Source: Callorhinchus milii
Lineage: Eukaryota
Assembly (NCBI RefSeq): GCF_018977255.1
Contig: NW_024704743.1
Location: 4,962,001-5,026,000, forward strand
Direction: 5' to 3'
DNA: 64,000 bases
Below the pieces are notes generated by a model. It worked only from the letters and a program-made list of their open reading frames with translations. It searched no databases and was not told the DNA's origin. Below, in pieces: positions 26,928-41,860 of the stretch; the stretch's first letter is position 1; the number at the start of each line of letters is the position of its first letter. Both the position numbers and the translations under genes were made by a program.

Positions 26928-29559
26928 TATAGGATGATGTTATAAAAAGTCTGCTAGATCTTTGCTGTTTCCAGCCTGGATTTACATCTTGGCTGCGTCG
27001 TTTCGCCCACAAAAGATACTTTACAGTAAATTCACTTTACAGTATATTCTGTGAAGCGCTTTGAGACGTCTCAAAGACGTGATAAGACGCTATATCAAGG
27101 ATTATTGTTAATGTTATTATTATCGTCAGATGGATTATTCAAATTGGACTTCCTGATGCCTTATTCAGTTAATAGCTGAGCCATACAACTCTAATTCCGA
27201 GTTGATGCAGAGTTAGTTTACAAAGAATTTATAAGGATTTACAAAGAATTTACGACACGGAACCAAGCCACTCAGCCCAACCATTCCCGTGGCGATGTTT
27301 ATACTGCACATGAATCTTCACCCATTCCATACTCCCTGCCATACCCTTCTATTCTCTTCTCCCTCAAGTGAAGGTCCAGCTTGAAAGCCTTGAATGTATC
27401 TACACTATCTGATTCAACAAGGCGCTTCCCAGGATATATTGTAGAGTGTAGTGACTGTGGTTATTTTATGTGTGAACACATCAGCCGATTCGCACACAGC
27501 AATGTCCCACAAACAGCCTTGAAATGAATGGTCAATTTTATTGGGTGGATTGTTGGGCAGGACACCAAAAGACACTCACTTCTCTTTTCGATTTAGCCTT
27601 CCTGTGTGAAGGGAAGCTCATTGATGAGATTCAAGCAGGTGAATTATTATTTGGGCAATAAATCCTGAATTCAAGAAATAAATATCATCGCTTGCTGGAT
27701 ATTCCACATTTGCACTAGAAATGAAGCAATATGTCAACACTATATTAAAAATTCATGTTAAGTCTAACTGCAATGCGTCATTTTATACCAGTGCTTATTG
27801 ATGGCATTGAAGGTTTGGTGTCCAGATGAACTGGAAGGTAAATACTTTTACGTTGTTACTTACCTCATTGGGCTTGGCTTCACTGCACTAGACTGCACCT
27901 TCCTGTGTAGTCATTTTACTTGAGATAATATGTTTATCAATGCTACATTGGAGCCCATCTGTCAGGTGTAATCTCTATGGGCGACAGATGGTGTAAAAAT
28001 ATTTCATCGAAACAATGGGGAAGAGAAACACTGTAGGGTGTTCAAGCTCACGAGAGAGAAGGTGACGAGGCAGTTCACGTTTAATTACTCAGATGAACAG
28101 ATCACTGGATATATGGAATCGATTCTCCAGAGAGGCAGATTGTGTCAGCAAATTCCAGAGGAACTTAGATAGCTATTTGACACAAAATCGATCGAGAGTA
28201 GCCTAGGATTCTCTTTAACTCTAGTCCGGCTGGACAGCCATGATCTCTTCTGGTTCTGCATGTTTCCATATATTTATTAAAATTGCTGTTCTGGTACTTA
28301 TGCAAAAGGTAATAGTAATAATAATTTGAGTCCACCACTGTTAAGTGCTCTGAGATGCTACCCTGTGTGGAGGGTGCTACATAAATTCAAGTTGTTGTTG
28401 TAATCCTTGCATTTGATATAGCGCCTTATCACGCCTTCAAGCCGTCTCAAAGAGCTTCACAGAAATATACTGCAAATACAATACAAAATTACACGTGTAT
28501 AGTGCCTTTCACGGCAGGAGGACGTCCCAAGGCTCTGGACAGTTAGGGATTTGGACCCAAGCTGGGCGTTGGGATCAGGGAGAATGGAGGGCAAGGAGGG
28601 TAAGAGGCATAGTCGAAGAGGAGGGTCTTGAGGCCTGCCTTGAAGGAGGCAAGGGAAGGAGCGAGGCAAGTGAATTAACTGTATGTTTTGTGGGCGAAAT
28701 CCACAAACTGTTTGTGGGACGCGGCTGTGCACAATTGGCTGCCTCGTTTTGCCCACAGAATGTACAGTCAATTCACGTCACCATATATTCTGCGAAGCGC
28801 CTTGAGACGTCTCGACGACGTGGTAAGGCGCTACATCAAATGCAAGTATTATTATTATCGTTAATTCCCGACAATTCAAAATGTGAAGACGATGCCTGTG
28901 AAAATTAGCGATTTTAGCCTTTCCCCCCAAACCTCAGCACAGGGGGGCATCAGCAGGCCCTTTGTGGCTTCAGTAACTGCAAGGATCAGTTTTTTTAAGG
29001 CACTTTCCTTGTTGCAATTGACTGACAACTCACCGTCAGCTACTGTATGCTATTGTCGGCGAAGTAAATCACACTGAAAATTAGTCCTGACTTTTTATTG
29101 ATACCCGGCAGCAAGTTTATTCTTAGCATTGGAAATTCTATGTGACTGCAGAGAAAGTTTAGTGACCCCAATATATTTTGCAGTTAACGCAGCTCAAACC
29201 GGGTTCAACGATTCTTGGTTCAACTCAGGTTCAACTGAAGGGAGTCAAGTCCTGGTTCATGTCAAATTCCTGAAATAGATCTTCACCCAGACCATTCCTG
29301 GCAATCCCCAGATGCTTCAGGTTGGCTACCAATTTGGTCTAATAATTTGATCACTCAATCCACGACTGTTTGTGGGACGCGGCTGTGGGCAATTGGCTGC
29401 CGCGTTTCGCCCACAAAATATACAGTCAATTCACTTTACAGTATATTCTGTGAAGCACTTTGAGACGTCTTGAAGATGTGATGAGGTGCTGTTCAAATGC
29501 AAGGATCCTACTTATTTTTTTGTCAGCTACTAAACAAACCGCCTTCACTTTAACTCCTC

Positions 29560-29941
29560 AAATGATTTCTCCTCCTGTCCCCGCCTGGTCACCTGTGGTG
29601 TACCCCATCCTTGGCCCCCCCCTCCTCTTCCTCATCTATATACTCCCTCTTGGGAATGTCATCCAGAGACATGGGGTAAACTTCCCCTGTTTACCCCCTC
29701 CATCCTACAACCCGCTGACTCCGTTCGACTGTCTCCAGCCATCTGCATGTCCCTCGTGCCCTCCGTTTCACCAATGGTGGCCGTGCTTTCAGCCACCACG
29801 CCCCGAAACTCTGGGATGCTCTTCCTCTATCCCACCGCCTTGCCCGTTCCTTCGCCATCTTCATTGATTGAAGCGCCATGGGACGTCCTCCCGACGTGAA
29901 AGGCGCTCTATAAATGGAATCTTGTTGTTGTTGTTGTTGTA
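29560..29941 (+). mobile_element. Decayed, internally deleted L2 fragment
   Basis: ILGPPLLFLIYILPLGNVIQRHGVNF, followed by the L2 tail and (TTG)n. Confidence 0.8.
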
Positions 29942-31994
29942 GTCTATTAGTTGAGATCCAGCCCGGCTCAGTTGGTAGCACTCTCTTCATGGCTGTTTGT
30001 GGGACATTGCTGTGCGCATATTGGCTGCAGGGTTTGCCCATAAAATACACAATCGCTACACGTTACAGTAAATCTCGTGAAGTGCTCCGAGGGGCCCTGA
30101 TGTGAAAGGTGCCATATTAAATGCAAGCTTTATTATTATTTTTCAGTTGGCAATATTGATGCTTCTTTTAAAGTGCAATATGCAAAAGGGTCATTTTAGG
30201 TTACTAATAATCTGCATCGGACTGTGGAATGCGCTGTGCCTAAATAAACCTCGCTGAGCATAAACAAATTCAGTATCGTGCGTGGTGGACGGATAAATCA
30301 TTTTTCCCACTTTCTTGTTAGTGAAAGAATAGATCAAATGGAAAGTGAGGCCATGAGAGTTAGAGAGAATGAAGAAATTCTGAGTGCCGTACGTTAGCTC
30401 GATGCTGATATCTGTGGACACTATAATCATTCTGTCCGAATGAGATAGCAGTAAAAGCCATTGGGTGTTGAGACAAATGACTCCACAATTGGCAATCTTT
30501 CACTTTGTTGACGCAGCGGCTGTTTAGAGAGATTTGAAGCATCCCCTGCCGTGTAATCCAGCGCAATGACACCAAACACTCTACATATGCAAACAAGGCA
30601 GCTGCCGTTATTTGTTTTACACCTACGGAAAACCGGTTTACAACTGAAGACCACTATCCTGTGAAATCTTTAAACGTCTAAGACAATGTGGCCTTAGATG
30701 TCAGTGCTGACAGAGAGGTTGGTTTTGGGCCGTCCTCCTGACGTGAAAGGTGCTATACAAATGTCATTTGTTATTGTTTCACTGAGGTGGTCGTGCCTTG
30801 AAGGATTGCAGTATTTTAGGATAAAAAAGGATTTCCAAGCCCAGAAGTCCTGTATATCAGTCTATTTTAGTGCCATAACAGAAAGCCAGCTGACCAAATA
30901 AAAGTCAAAAGCAAAGTTTTGTTTTTATTAATTTGGAAGCCAGTTCTTTTTAAAGAACTGAAGAAAAACAGCTTCTAAATGATGACAGAATTCAGTAATT
31001 TTTCAAAATTCTCACAATTATTAAATGTTAGGACAGTTGAGCATCTTAGAATTGATGTACGAGAGCTTAAACGTAACCGTGTGAGAGCTTTGAGGACACG
31101 GGTTCTTAACGAGAGCTTCATCGATCTCTATCTTGTGGCGAGAGCTAGATTCGATTCCATCACGCCCAGCACGCAACCAATTTAATGTTCCGAGGAACTG
31201 TATAGTAAAGTGGTTCCCTTTGCTTACATAAATCAAGCAAAGCACCAGATTCCATGCCTAACCTTATGTCTTATAGCATTAATTGGATGTAAGTGTAATT
31301 CGCCGTAATGTCAGCAAATGCCCACGTATTACAAACAGTCCTGGCAATCCCTTCCCCATGAGCATTTTGGGGCCACAGAGTATTATCAGCTTAAGGTATA
31401 TTAGGCAGATGCCCAGGGGTCAGGTTAGCTCAGTCGGTAGCACTTTCTCTTTGACCGAGCCTTCAGCTCCCCTCTCGACTCTCTACCCCCTCCTCGCTCC
31501 CTCCCTTCCCTCCCCTCACCCTGGCCATTTCCCCCCAATGCTCGGGTCCTGACCCAACTGTACAGCGCCTTGGGACGTCCTCCCGACGCGAAAGGCGCTC
31601 TATAAATGGAATCTTGTTGTTGTTGTTGTTGTTTCGCTCCTGGCTCAGTGGTTTAAGGGTTCAAGTCGTCCACATTCTGCATGTCCCTCGTGCCTTCTGT
31701 TCCACCTCCCCCCCCCTTCCACCCCATTGCTGCTCTTTCAGCCACTACGTCCTGAAACTCTGGAACCCTCTTCCTCTATCCCTCCATCTTCCTCTTCGAT
31801 GCTTCCCTGCCTGAGGGGGCGCTATATAAATGCAGTTTGTTGTTGTTGTTATCAGACTCATTGTCTCGTCTTGCATTAGATATAGAGCCTTAATACATCA
31901 TAGCACTTCACAGACGGTCGTGGATTGAATGTCCCCAATTTTTTTTGGGGGGGCGGAGGAGAGGAATTATTGCAACCAGGTTCCTTTGAGTCTC

Positions 31995-32385
31995 TTGCAT
32001 TACTTGGAGTTTAGACGGTTGAGGGGTGATCTAATTGAGGGATTCGATAGGGTAGCCTCGGAGAAACTATTTCCTCCGATGGGGGAATCCAGATCAAGTG
32101 GACATAGTCTTAAACTTAGGGCTCGGCCATTTAGGAGTCAAAGCAGGAAGCACAAGGGGTAGGGGAAATCTAGAGCTCTATCCCCTTTTGTATCTAAGGG
32201 GTACAGATACCAATATGGATACGATATGGTTATTAATATGGATACGATGTGGATATTAATATGGATATCAAGGGATATGGAGCAACGGCATGTAAATGGA
32301 GTTGAGGTACAGATCAGCCATGATCTAATACAACGCCGGAACAGGCTCGAGGGGCTGAATGGCCTCCTCCCCTGTTCCTATGTTC
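31995..32385 (+). mobile_element. CR1-clade LINE 3' end
   Basis: LEFRRLRGDLIE...SEKLFP...SSGHSLKL, followed by the CR1 tail aggggctgaatggcctcct..tgttcctatgtt. Confidence 0.85.
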
Positions 32386-33026
32386 CAATATCCCACCGCC
32401 TTAGCCCTCTCCTCAGCTCCCCCCACCCTCAAGTTGGGGCACCCCAGTCAGCTGTGTGGAGACTCCCTCCCCAAAAGGCGCTCTATCAATAAATCGTTCA
32501 GGTTCCCAACTCCTTGTTGGTTTACTTTTGTTTCTTTATTTTCTTATTACACGTGTAAATGTGGACTAACATCCCCAACACCCGCCGATAATATAATGAT
32601 AATAATAATCCTTGCATTTGATACAGCGCCTCATCACGCCTTCGAGACGTCTCAAAGCGCTTCACAGAACATGCTGTGAAGTGTAGCGACTGTGTGCTTT
32701 TTTGCGGGCTAAAGGCGGCAGCCGATTGCGCACAGCGGTGTCATGCAAACAGTCGTGTAAATTAATCCACATGGTTATGGTTAAGAACCTTTTAGTTCTG
32801 TAGATGCCTTTTCCTCTCCTTGGATGTGACCGGCCACCCTTCCCTGGGCACCAAAACATCCCTTTGACAAGTTCCCATCAACTTCTTGTTTAAAGCCAGA
32901 GGTTTAGCTCTGAAACGACACGACCGCGTGTGGGCCAGAAACACACAGAGGAGATGGACTGGGACCAAAGAGCCTTCGTCCTCCTCCACTTGGTCTTGTG
33001 AAAGAAACCAGCGCTTTATTTTTTCC

Positions 33027-36719
<3,693 letters not shown>

Positions 36720-36770
36720 ATGAGGAACGTCCTGCTTAAAATTGTCTTAACCTTTGCATCTTTATTCTGG
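36720..36770 (+). CDS. Class B1 GPCR (VIP/PACAP/GHRH/secretin receptor group, VIPR2-like), coding exon 1: signal peptide MRNVLLKIVLTFASLFW
   Basis: ATG at 36720, 17 codons with a basic N-terminus and hydrophobic core, then a strong donor TGG|gtgagt in phase 0. It joins in frame to exon 2. Length and phase match VIPR2 exon 1 as I recall it. Confidence 0.8.
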
Positions 36771-37602
36771 GTGAGTACCAAACACACACACACACACACA
36801 CACACACAAAGTCGTTGGTCTGGGGGTGGTGGGGGGGAAAAAAAAAAGGGGGGGAAGATGATGAAAAAGGGAAGAGAAATAGAGAGAGAGAGAGATGTGT
36901 GTGTGTGTTTGGGGTGGTCTTTCCATGTTTCCTTCTGCAGAAGTTTCCCCACAAAAAAATATACAGTCCATTCACTTTACAGTATTATCCTGAGAAATGC
37001 TGGGAGTGCGGATAAGACGCGGGATCAGATGTAACTGAGGACCGAGGTGCCGACGAAGCGTGCGGGAGTTAAGTTTGCTCTACAGTAATTCCAGTTAACA
37101 TTCGCAACCGATTCCCATTTGCAACGCGTGTGTTTCTTTTTTTTTTGAGTGGGGGGTGGGGGGTGGGGGCTGTGATTGTGTCTGTGTGTGTGTGTGTCTG
37201 TGCGTTGGAGGACCTCTGGTGATATAGTATTTCTATACCCTATTGAACATTTTGCGCCCCCACCGCCCCTCCGCCCACTCCCGTTTCCCTTGAATCCTGT
37301 GAATTTTGTTGAACTGTACCGCAAATTTTGCTGTCACAGGATCAGTAAAGGGAGAAGATATTTTGTGTGGGTGCGTCTCTTGTCTTTTAATGTCACCCTC
37401 CCTTTTGGGTAGGTCCGAGCTGGCTTTTTTATTCATCTAATGGGGACTTGTCCTGTAATACTACTAATAATAACAATAATAATAATCCTTGCATTCGACG
37501 TAGCGCTTTATCACATCGTTGAGACGTCTCAAAGCGCTTCACAGAATACATCGTAAAGAGGAGTGACTGTATATTTTGTGGGCAAAAGTAGTACAGAAGG
37601 TG

Positions 37603-38005
37603 CCAGGCTGGCTCAGTTGGTAACACTCTAACCTCCGAGTCAGGAGGTTGTGGGTTCAAGCCCCACTACGAAGGACGCTGAACTCGTAGAGTAGGCTGAC
37701 AGTCCCAACACGACTCTGAGGCAAAGCTGCATTGTTGGAGGTGCCTTCCTTCAGATGAGACATTAAACCGAGATCTAGTCAGTCTATTAAAGATCTCACG
37801 TCGCTGTTCGAAAAAAAAAAGGAAGCTTCTCCGAATGTTTTGGCCAACAATCTCCCCTTCCCCAGATAAAATTGGCCGTTGACTTCAGGGCTGTTTGTGG
37901 GACATTGCTGCAAGCAAATTGGCTGCGGAGTTTGCCTGCCAATCCCACAGAGCTCTCTGAAAACTCTTCCCGACTTTAAATTCGCCATGTCAAATGCAAG
38001 GATGC
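37603..38005 (+). mobile_element. Deu-domain SINE (intron 1)
   Basis: gctgcattgttggaggtgccttccttcagatgagacattaaaccgag core. Further decayed copies lie near 730-1020(-), 12240-12430(-), 15060-15400(-), 18200-18400(+), 42615-42915(+), 55165-55442(+) and 57965-58370(-). Confidence 0.8.
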
Positions 38006-38259
38006 TTTTTTTCATTGTTGCTATCATTATTTATTATGATTCTGTTCCTCTCTTTGCAATTTCTCAATCTTACTTTTTTCCCTCTCTTTGCTTCGAGTTG
38101 ATGTGGGCTTTCAGTACAGATAAAAATAATAATAATAATCCTTGAAATAGCACCTTATCACTTTGCTTCACAGATTATATTGTAAAGTCGATTGACTATG
38201 TATTTTGTGGGCAAAACACACCAGCCAATTGTGCACAGCAGTGACCCACAAACAGTCGT

Positions 38260-38625
38260 GGAGTCCTGTAGCTCAGTGGTTAGACCATCCGCCTCTCAAG
38301 CGAGAGGACCCGGGCTCGATTCCCGGCAGAGCGAAATGTTGGGCGAGTTTCCTTACTCCGCACGCCACTGTTTGCCTAGCAGTAAGTAGGAACCCTGTTG
38401 TTAGTCAATTGGAGGGATGATTTTTCCGGGGTAATAATTCCTTAATAATAATAAAATTGGTCACTTCAATCCACGACTGTTTGTGGGACGCTGCTGTGAA
38501 CAATTGGCTGCTGGGTTTCACCCACAAAATATACGGTCAATTCACTTTACAGTATATTCTATGAAGGGCTTTGAGACGTCTCGAAGACATGATAAAGCGC
38601 TATATCAAATGCAAGGATTATTATT
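38260..38625 (+). mobile_element. tRNA-derived SINE, long subfamily (intron 1)
   Basis: Full-length match to the other copies. Confidence 0.9.
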
Positions 38626-39134
38626 ATATTCTGTGAAGCCCTTGGAGACAACAACATCAAATTAGATTTGTACATTGACTTTCACGTCATTGAGAGTCTG
38701 AACGATGTGATAAGGCGCTATATCAAATGCAAGAATTATTATTATTATTATTATGGAGTGAGTGACAAAATTGTTTTTGATGGGGTTATTACCCGTGGTA
38801 ATCCACAGCACGGTAACATTAAAAGACAAGCAATCGACAGACAAGGCTTCTCTTTTTTATCCAGACATCTGTGCTGGGTGCAATGCTCATAACAGTACAT
38901 ACATTGTTCAGACAAACCCTGGGTGCTTTGTAACGTGTCGAGTCAGTAAAAGAAAGGGAGCAACCAACCTTAAGTGGTGATCATTCTCCCACAAAACAGG
39001 TCTGATCAGATTCAGAGTTAAACTGGCACCTTCCCCATGGCTTGTTATACAGTATCATACCCAAGGGGTGAAGTGACGGGGAATCAATCTGTGTGTGAGC
39101 GCTCAAGTGACCTCTCTCTCCCTGGTGACTGCAG

Positions 39135-39240
39135 GTGAACGGGATCCAACAGGATTGTCAGGTATTCCTGGAGATCCAGCAAGAGCATCTGCACTGTTTG
39201 GCCCAATTGAACAAGTTCAACGGCACCAACCTCTCCACAG
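39135..39240 (+). CDS. Class B1 GPCR coding exon 2: VNGIQQDCQVFLEIQQEHLHCLAQLNKFNGTNLST(G)
   Basis: Pyrimidine tract plus tgcag acceptor, donor CAG|gtgagg, 106 bp, phase 0 to 1. The C-x12-C spacing aligns with VIPR2 VNSIHPECRFHLEIQEEETKC. Confidence 0.9.
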
Positions 39241-39286
39241 GTGAGGACTGATGTTAGTTAATGTGTAGGGTGTAACTCACCAACTT

Positions 39287-39622
39287 GGAGTCCTGTAGCT
39301 CAGTGGTTAGAGCACTCGCTTTGCAAGTGAGAGACCTGAGTTCAATTCCAGGCAGAGGGCGAAACCTTGGGCAAGTTTCCTTACTCCACACAGAGCCTAA
39401 TAATAATCCCTCCAAAAACAAAAAACAATAATTAAATTGGTCATTTTCAATCTACGACTGTTTGTGGGACATTGCTGTGCGCAATTGGCTGCCGCGTTCG
39501 CCCACAAATATACAGTCAATTCACTTTACAGTGTGTTCTGTGAAGCGCTTTGGGACGTCCTCCCGACGTGAAAAGCGCTATATCAAATGCAAGGATTATT
39601 ATTATTATTATTATTATTATTA
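39287..39622 (+). mobile_element. tRNA-derived SINE, short subfamily, 46 bp into intron 2
   Basis: Intact A/B boxes and a (TTA)n tail. Confidence 0.92.
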
Positions 39623-39771
39623 CTCACTGCAGCAGCGAGACTCAGCTCAGCTCAGGGTGCTTTTGGGCTCCAGGATGGTCAATGAATGAATGCACCTTAC
39701 ATGTCACACCTTACATCCCAGGACACCAGCTGTTATTTAATGCAAGATTGCAGTGGCTTATTGAACTATAT

Positions 39772-40122
39772 GGAGTCCTGTAGCAGAGTGGATGGTGCGC
39801 TCGCGAGAGGACCTGGGTTTGATTCCCGGACAGGGCCAGTTTCCTTACTCCATACGCCTCTGTTTACCTAGCAATAAGTAGGAACCCCGGTTGTTAGTCG
39901 ATTGGTGGATTGCTTTCAGGGGGTAATAATCCCTTTTTAAAAAAAATAATAATAATTTGGGCACTCAATTCACGACTGTAAGCGAGTCACTGCTGTGCGT
40001 AATTGGCTACCATGTATCGCCCACAAAATATACCATCATTTAAACTTTACAGTAAATTCTGTGAAGGGCTTTGAGACGACTCGCGATAGAGGACTATGTC
40101 AAATGCAAAGATTATTATTATT
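39772..40122 (+). mobile_element. tRNA-derived SINE, long subfamily, diverged
   Basis: Match to the family consensus. Confidence 0.85.
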
Positions 40123-40436
40123 CCGTGCAGCGGCAGCTAAGTTCAGTTCCAGGAGCTTCTTTTTAAAAAAATAAGTTATTTTGTTCCGATTGATAAGTCG
40201 CTTTCGCCAGTTTATCATAAGAATTAAAATCCAGTTGAGTTTCCTCCCCGTGCTTTGTTTTTTGTGTCGGCGCTTCACCAAGAGTTGGCATTACAGAGCA
40301 AAACACTGACAAGAAACAGCCAACAGAGATCATAAAGAAAATGCAAAAAAGTTTGTTAAATTACTCCCGGGTCTTAAATTCATGCCAGAAAAATGAACGC
40401 TCATTTTTTTTTTCTCCAAGGCTCACAAGAGCTTTA

Positions 40437-40695
40437 GCTGGTTAACCGCCAGCATCGCCCCAACATACACTTTGGGGTCACCAAGCCTTGGCTCTTACCA
40501 ACATGCACCTAATACTCTACAGAATTAGCTAAGCAGAATGCGTTCCTCCAGGGAGAGGGAGCGCATTCCATTCCAACAACCTATCTCTGGGATTTCCATG
40601 TGTAGGTGGGATGCATGGAATTCTCAGCTTGGTTAGGATACTCTTACGCAACGGTGACGGGTTTCCGCGTGTGTTAGACACCCGGCTGACCCCCA
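40437..40695. repeat. Unclassified ~260-bp interspersed repeat, best copy of four
   Basis: Shared blocks ccaagccttggctctt, cctccagggagag and gggtttcc..gtgtgtcagacacccggctgacc recur at 92-146, 22582-22800 (inverted) and 25718-25910. Confidence 0.8.
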
Positions 40696-40829
40696 AAAAG
40701 TAATGTGGTCGCTGGAGCTGCCCTTGGTATAACACCCAAGTTGCCTTTTATATCAATTTATTTGCCATTACCTAGAGACCACCCCCCAACCAGTCTGCTC
40801 CACTATACTGTTACACAATGACTGATCTA

Positions 40830-41860
40830 CACTTTGCCTGTGCTTGTACCTTATCCCCCCCACCAAATATTCATCCACTTTCCTCTTAAAATATTTCTGA
40901 TCGACCCGGCATCCATTTATTGCCTTTCATTATATTTAACGAATTCCACGTCCCTTTCTGTGAGTTTTTTTTGTTTCCCCATTTCACTTCTCAACTGGTT
41001 TAAACTTTTTGATTTTAAGAAATTGTCCTTACTTTCCAGATTCACCCTGCTTTTGGTCATCTTTCCCCTAAATATCAAGTGAATGTCCGTGAATTATCAT
41101 CTCCAGTGTCTGTCGATTGGAAATAGTTTTACAATAGAGTCAACGTGAATGTTACCGAAATCCATTCATTGCAAACACACTATTCCAAATGAGGTCTGAC
41201 TAGTGCTCTATATGAGTGGAGGAACACCTTCTTATATTTATATTGCACACCTCTTTTCATAAATGCCAGCGTCCCTTTTACGTTACTAGCTGCTTTCTAG
41301 ATTTTAATGATATACGTACTTGAAACCTTGGATCACTCTGCTCATCTACCCCAGCTAGTGTTTCCCCATTTAGGTCATACTCCCAACCATTGTTCTTATA
41401 TCTAAAGTATACTAGGCTCACATGTTACAGTGTTAAACTCATTTGCCATAGTTTTCCGTTTGCCACGTTTTGCCCACAAAATCTACGGTCAATTCACTTC
41501 ACAGTATATTCTGTTAAGCGCTTTGAGACGTCTCGAAGATGTGATAAGGCGCTATATCGTAAAAAATGCAAGGATTATTCTACCCACTCGCTTAATCCAT
41601 GTATTTTCTTTTTGTATTTTCACCTATTCCCCATAATCGACAACACCTCCAGGTTTAGTCTCACCCACAAATTTACAAAGATTTTGTTCCAGATCATTGA
41701 TGCACAAGAAGAAAAACTGGGGTCCCAGCACCAAACCCTGTGGGACACCTGTTGCCACTGCCACTAATCAGAGAACATACCTTTTGTACCATCCCTCTGC
41801 CTCCTATTTCCAAACCATTTCTTGTCTATGGTATAATATCGCCTTCAACTCCATTGGTGC
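40830..41860 (-). mobile_element. Decayed CR1 LINE fragments interrupted by a SINE 3' piece (41455-41580)
   Basis: ggtcccagcaccaaaccctgtgggacacc is the reverse of the GVPQGxVLGP motif. tattccaaatgaggtctgactagtgc is the reverse of ALVRPHLEY. Confidence 0.75.

Noticed and set aside
39287..39360. tRNA-like sequences with A and B boxes (many copies)
   Set aside because: Each continues into a SINE core and tail and lacks a proper acceptor stem. These are SINE heads, not tRNA genes.
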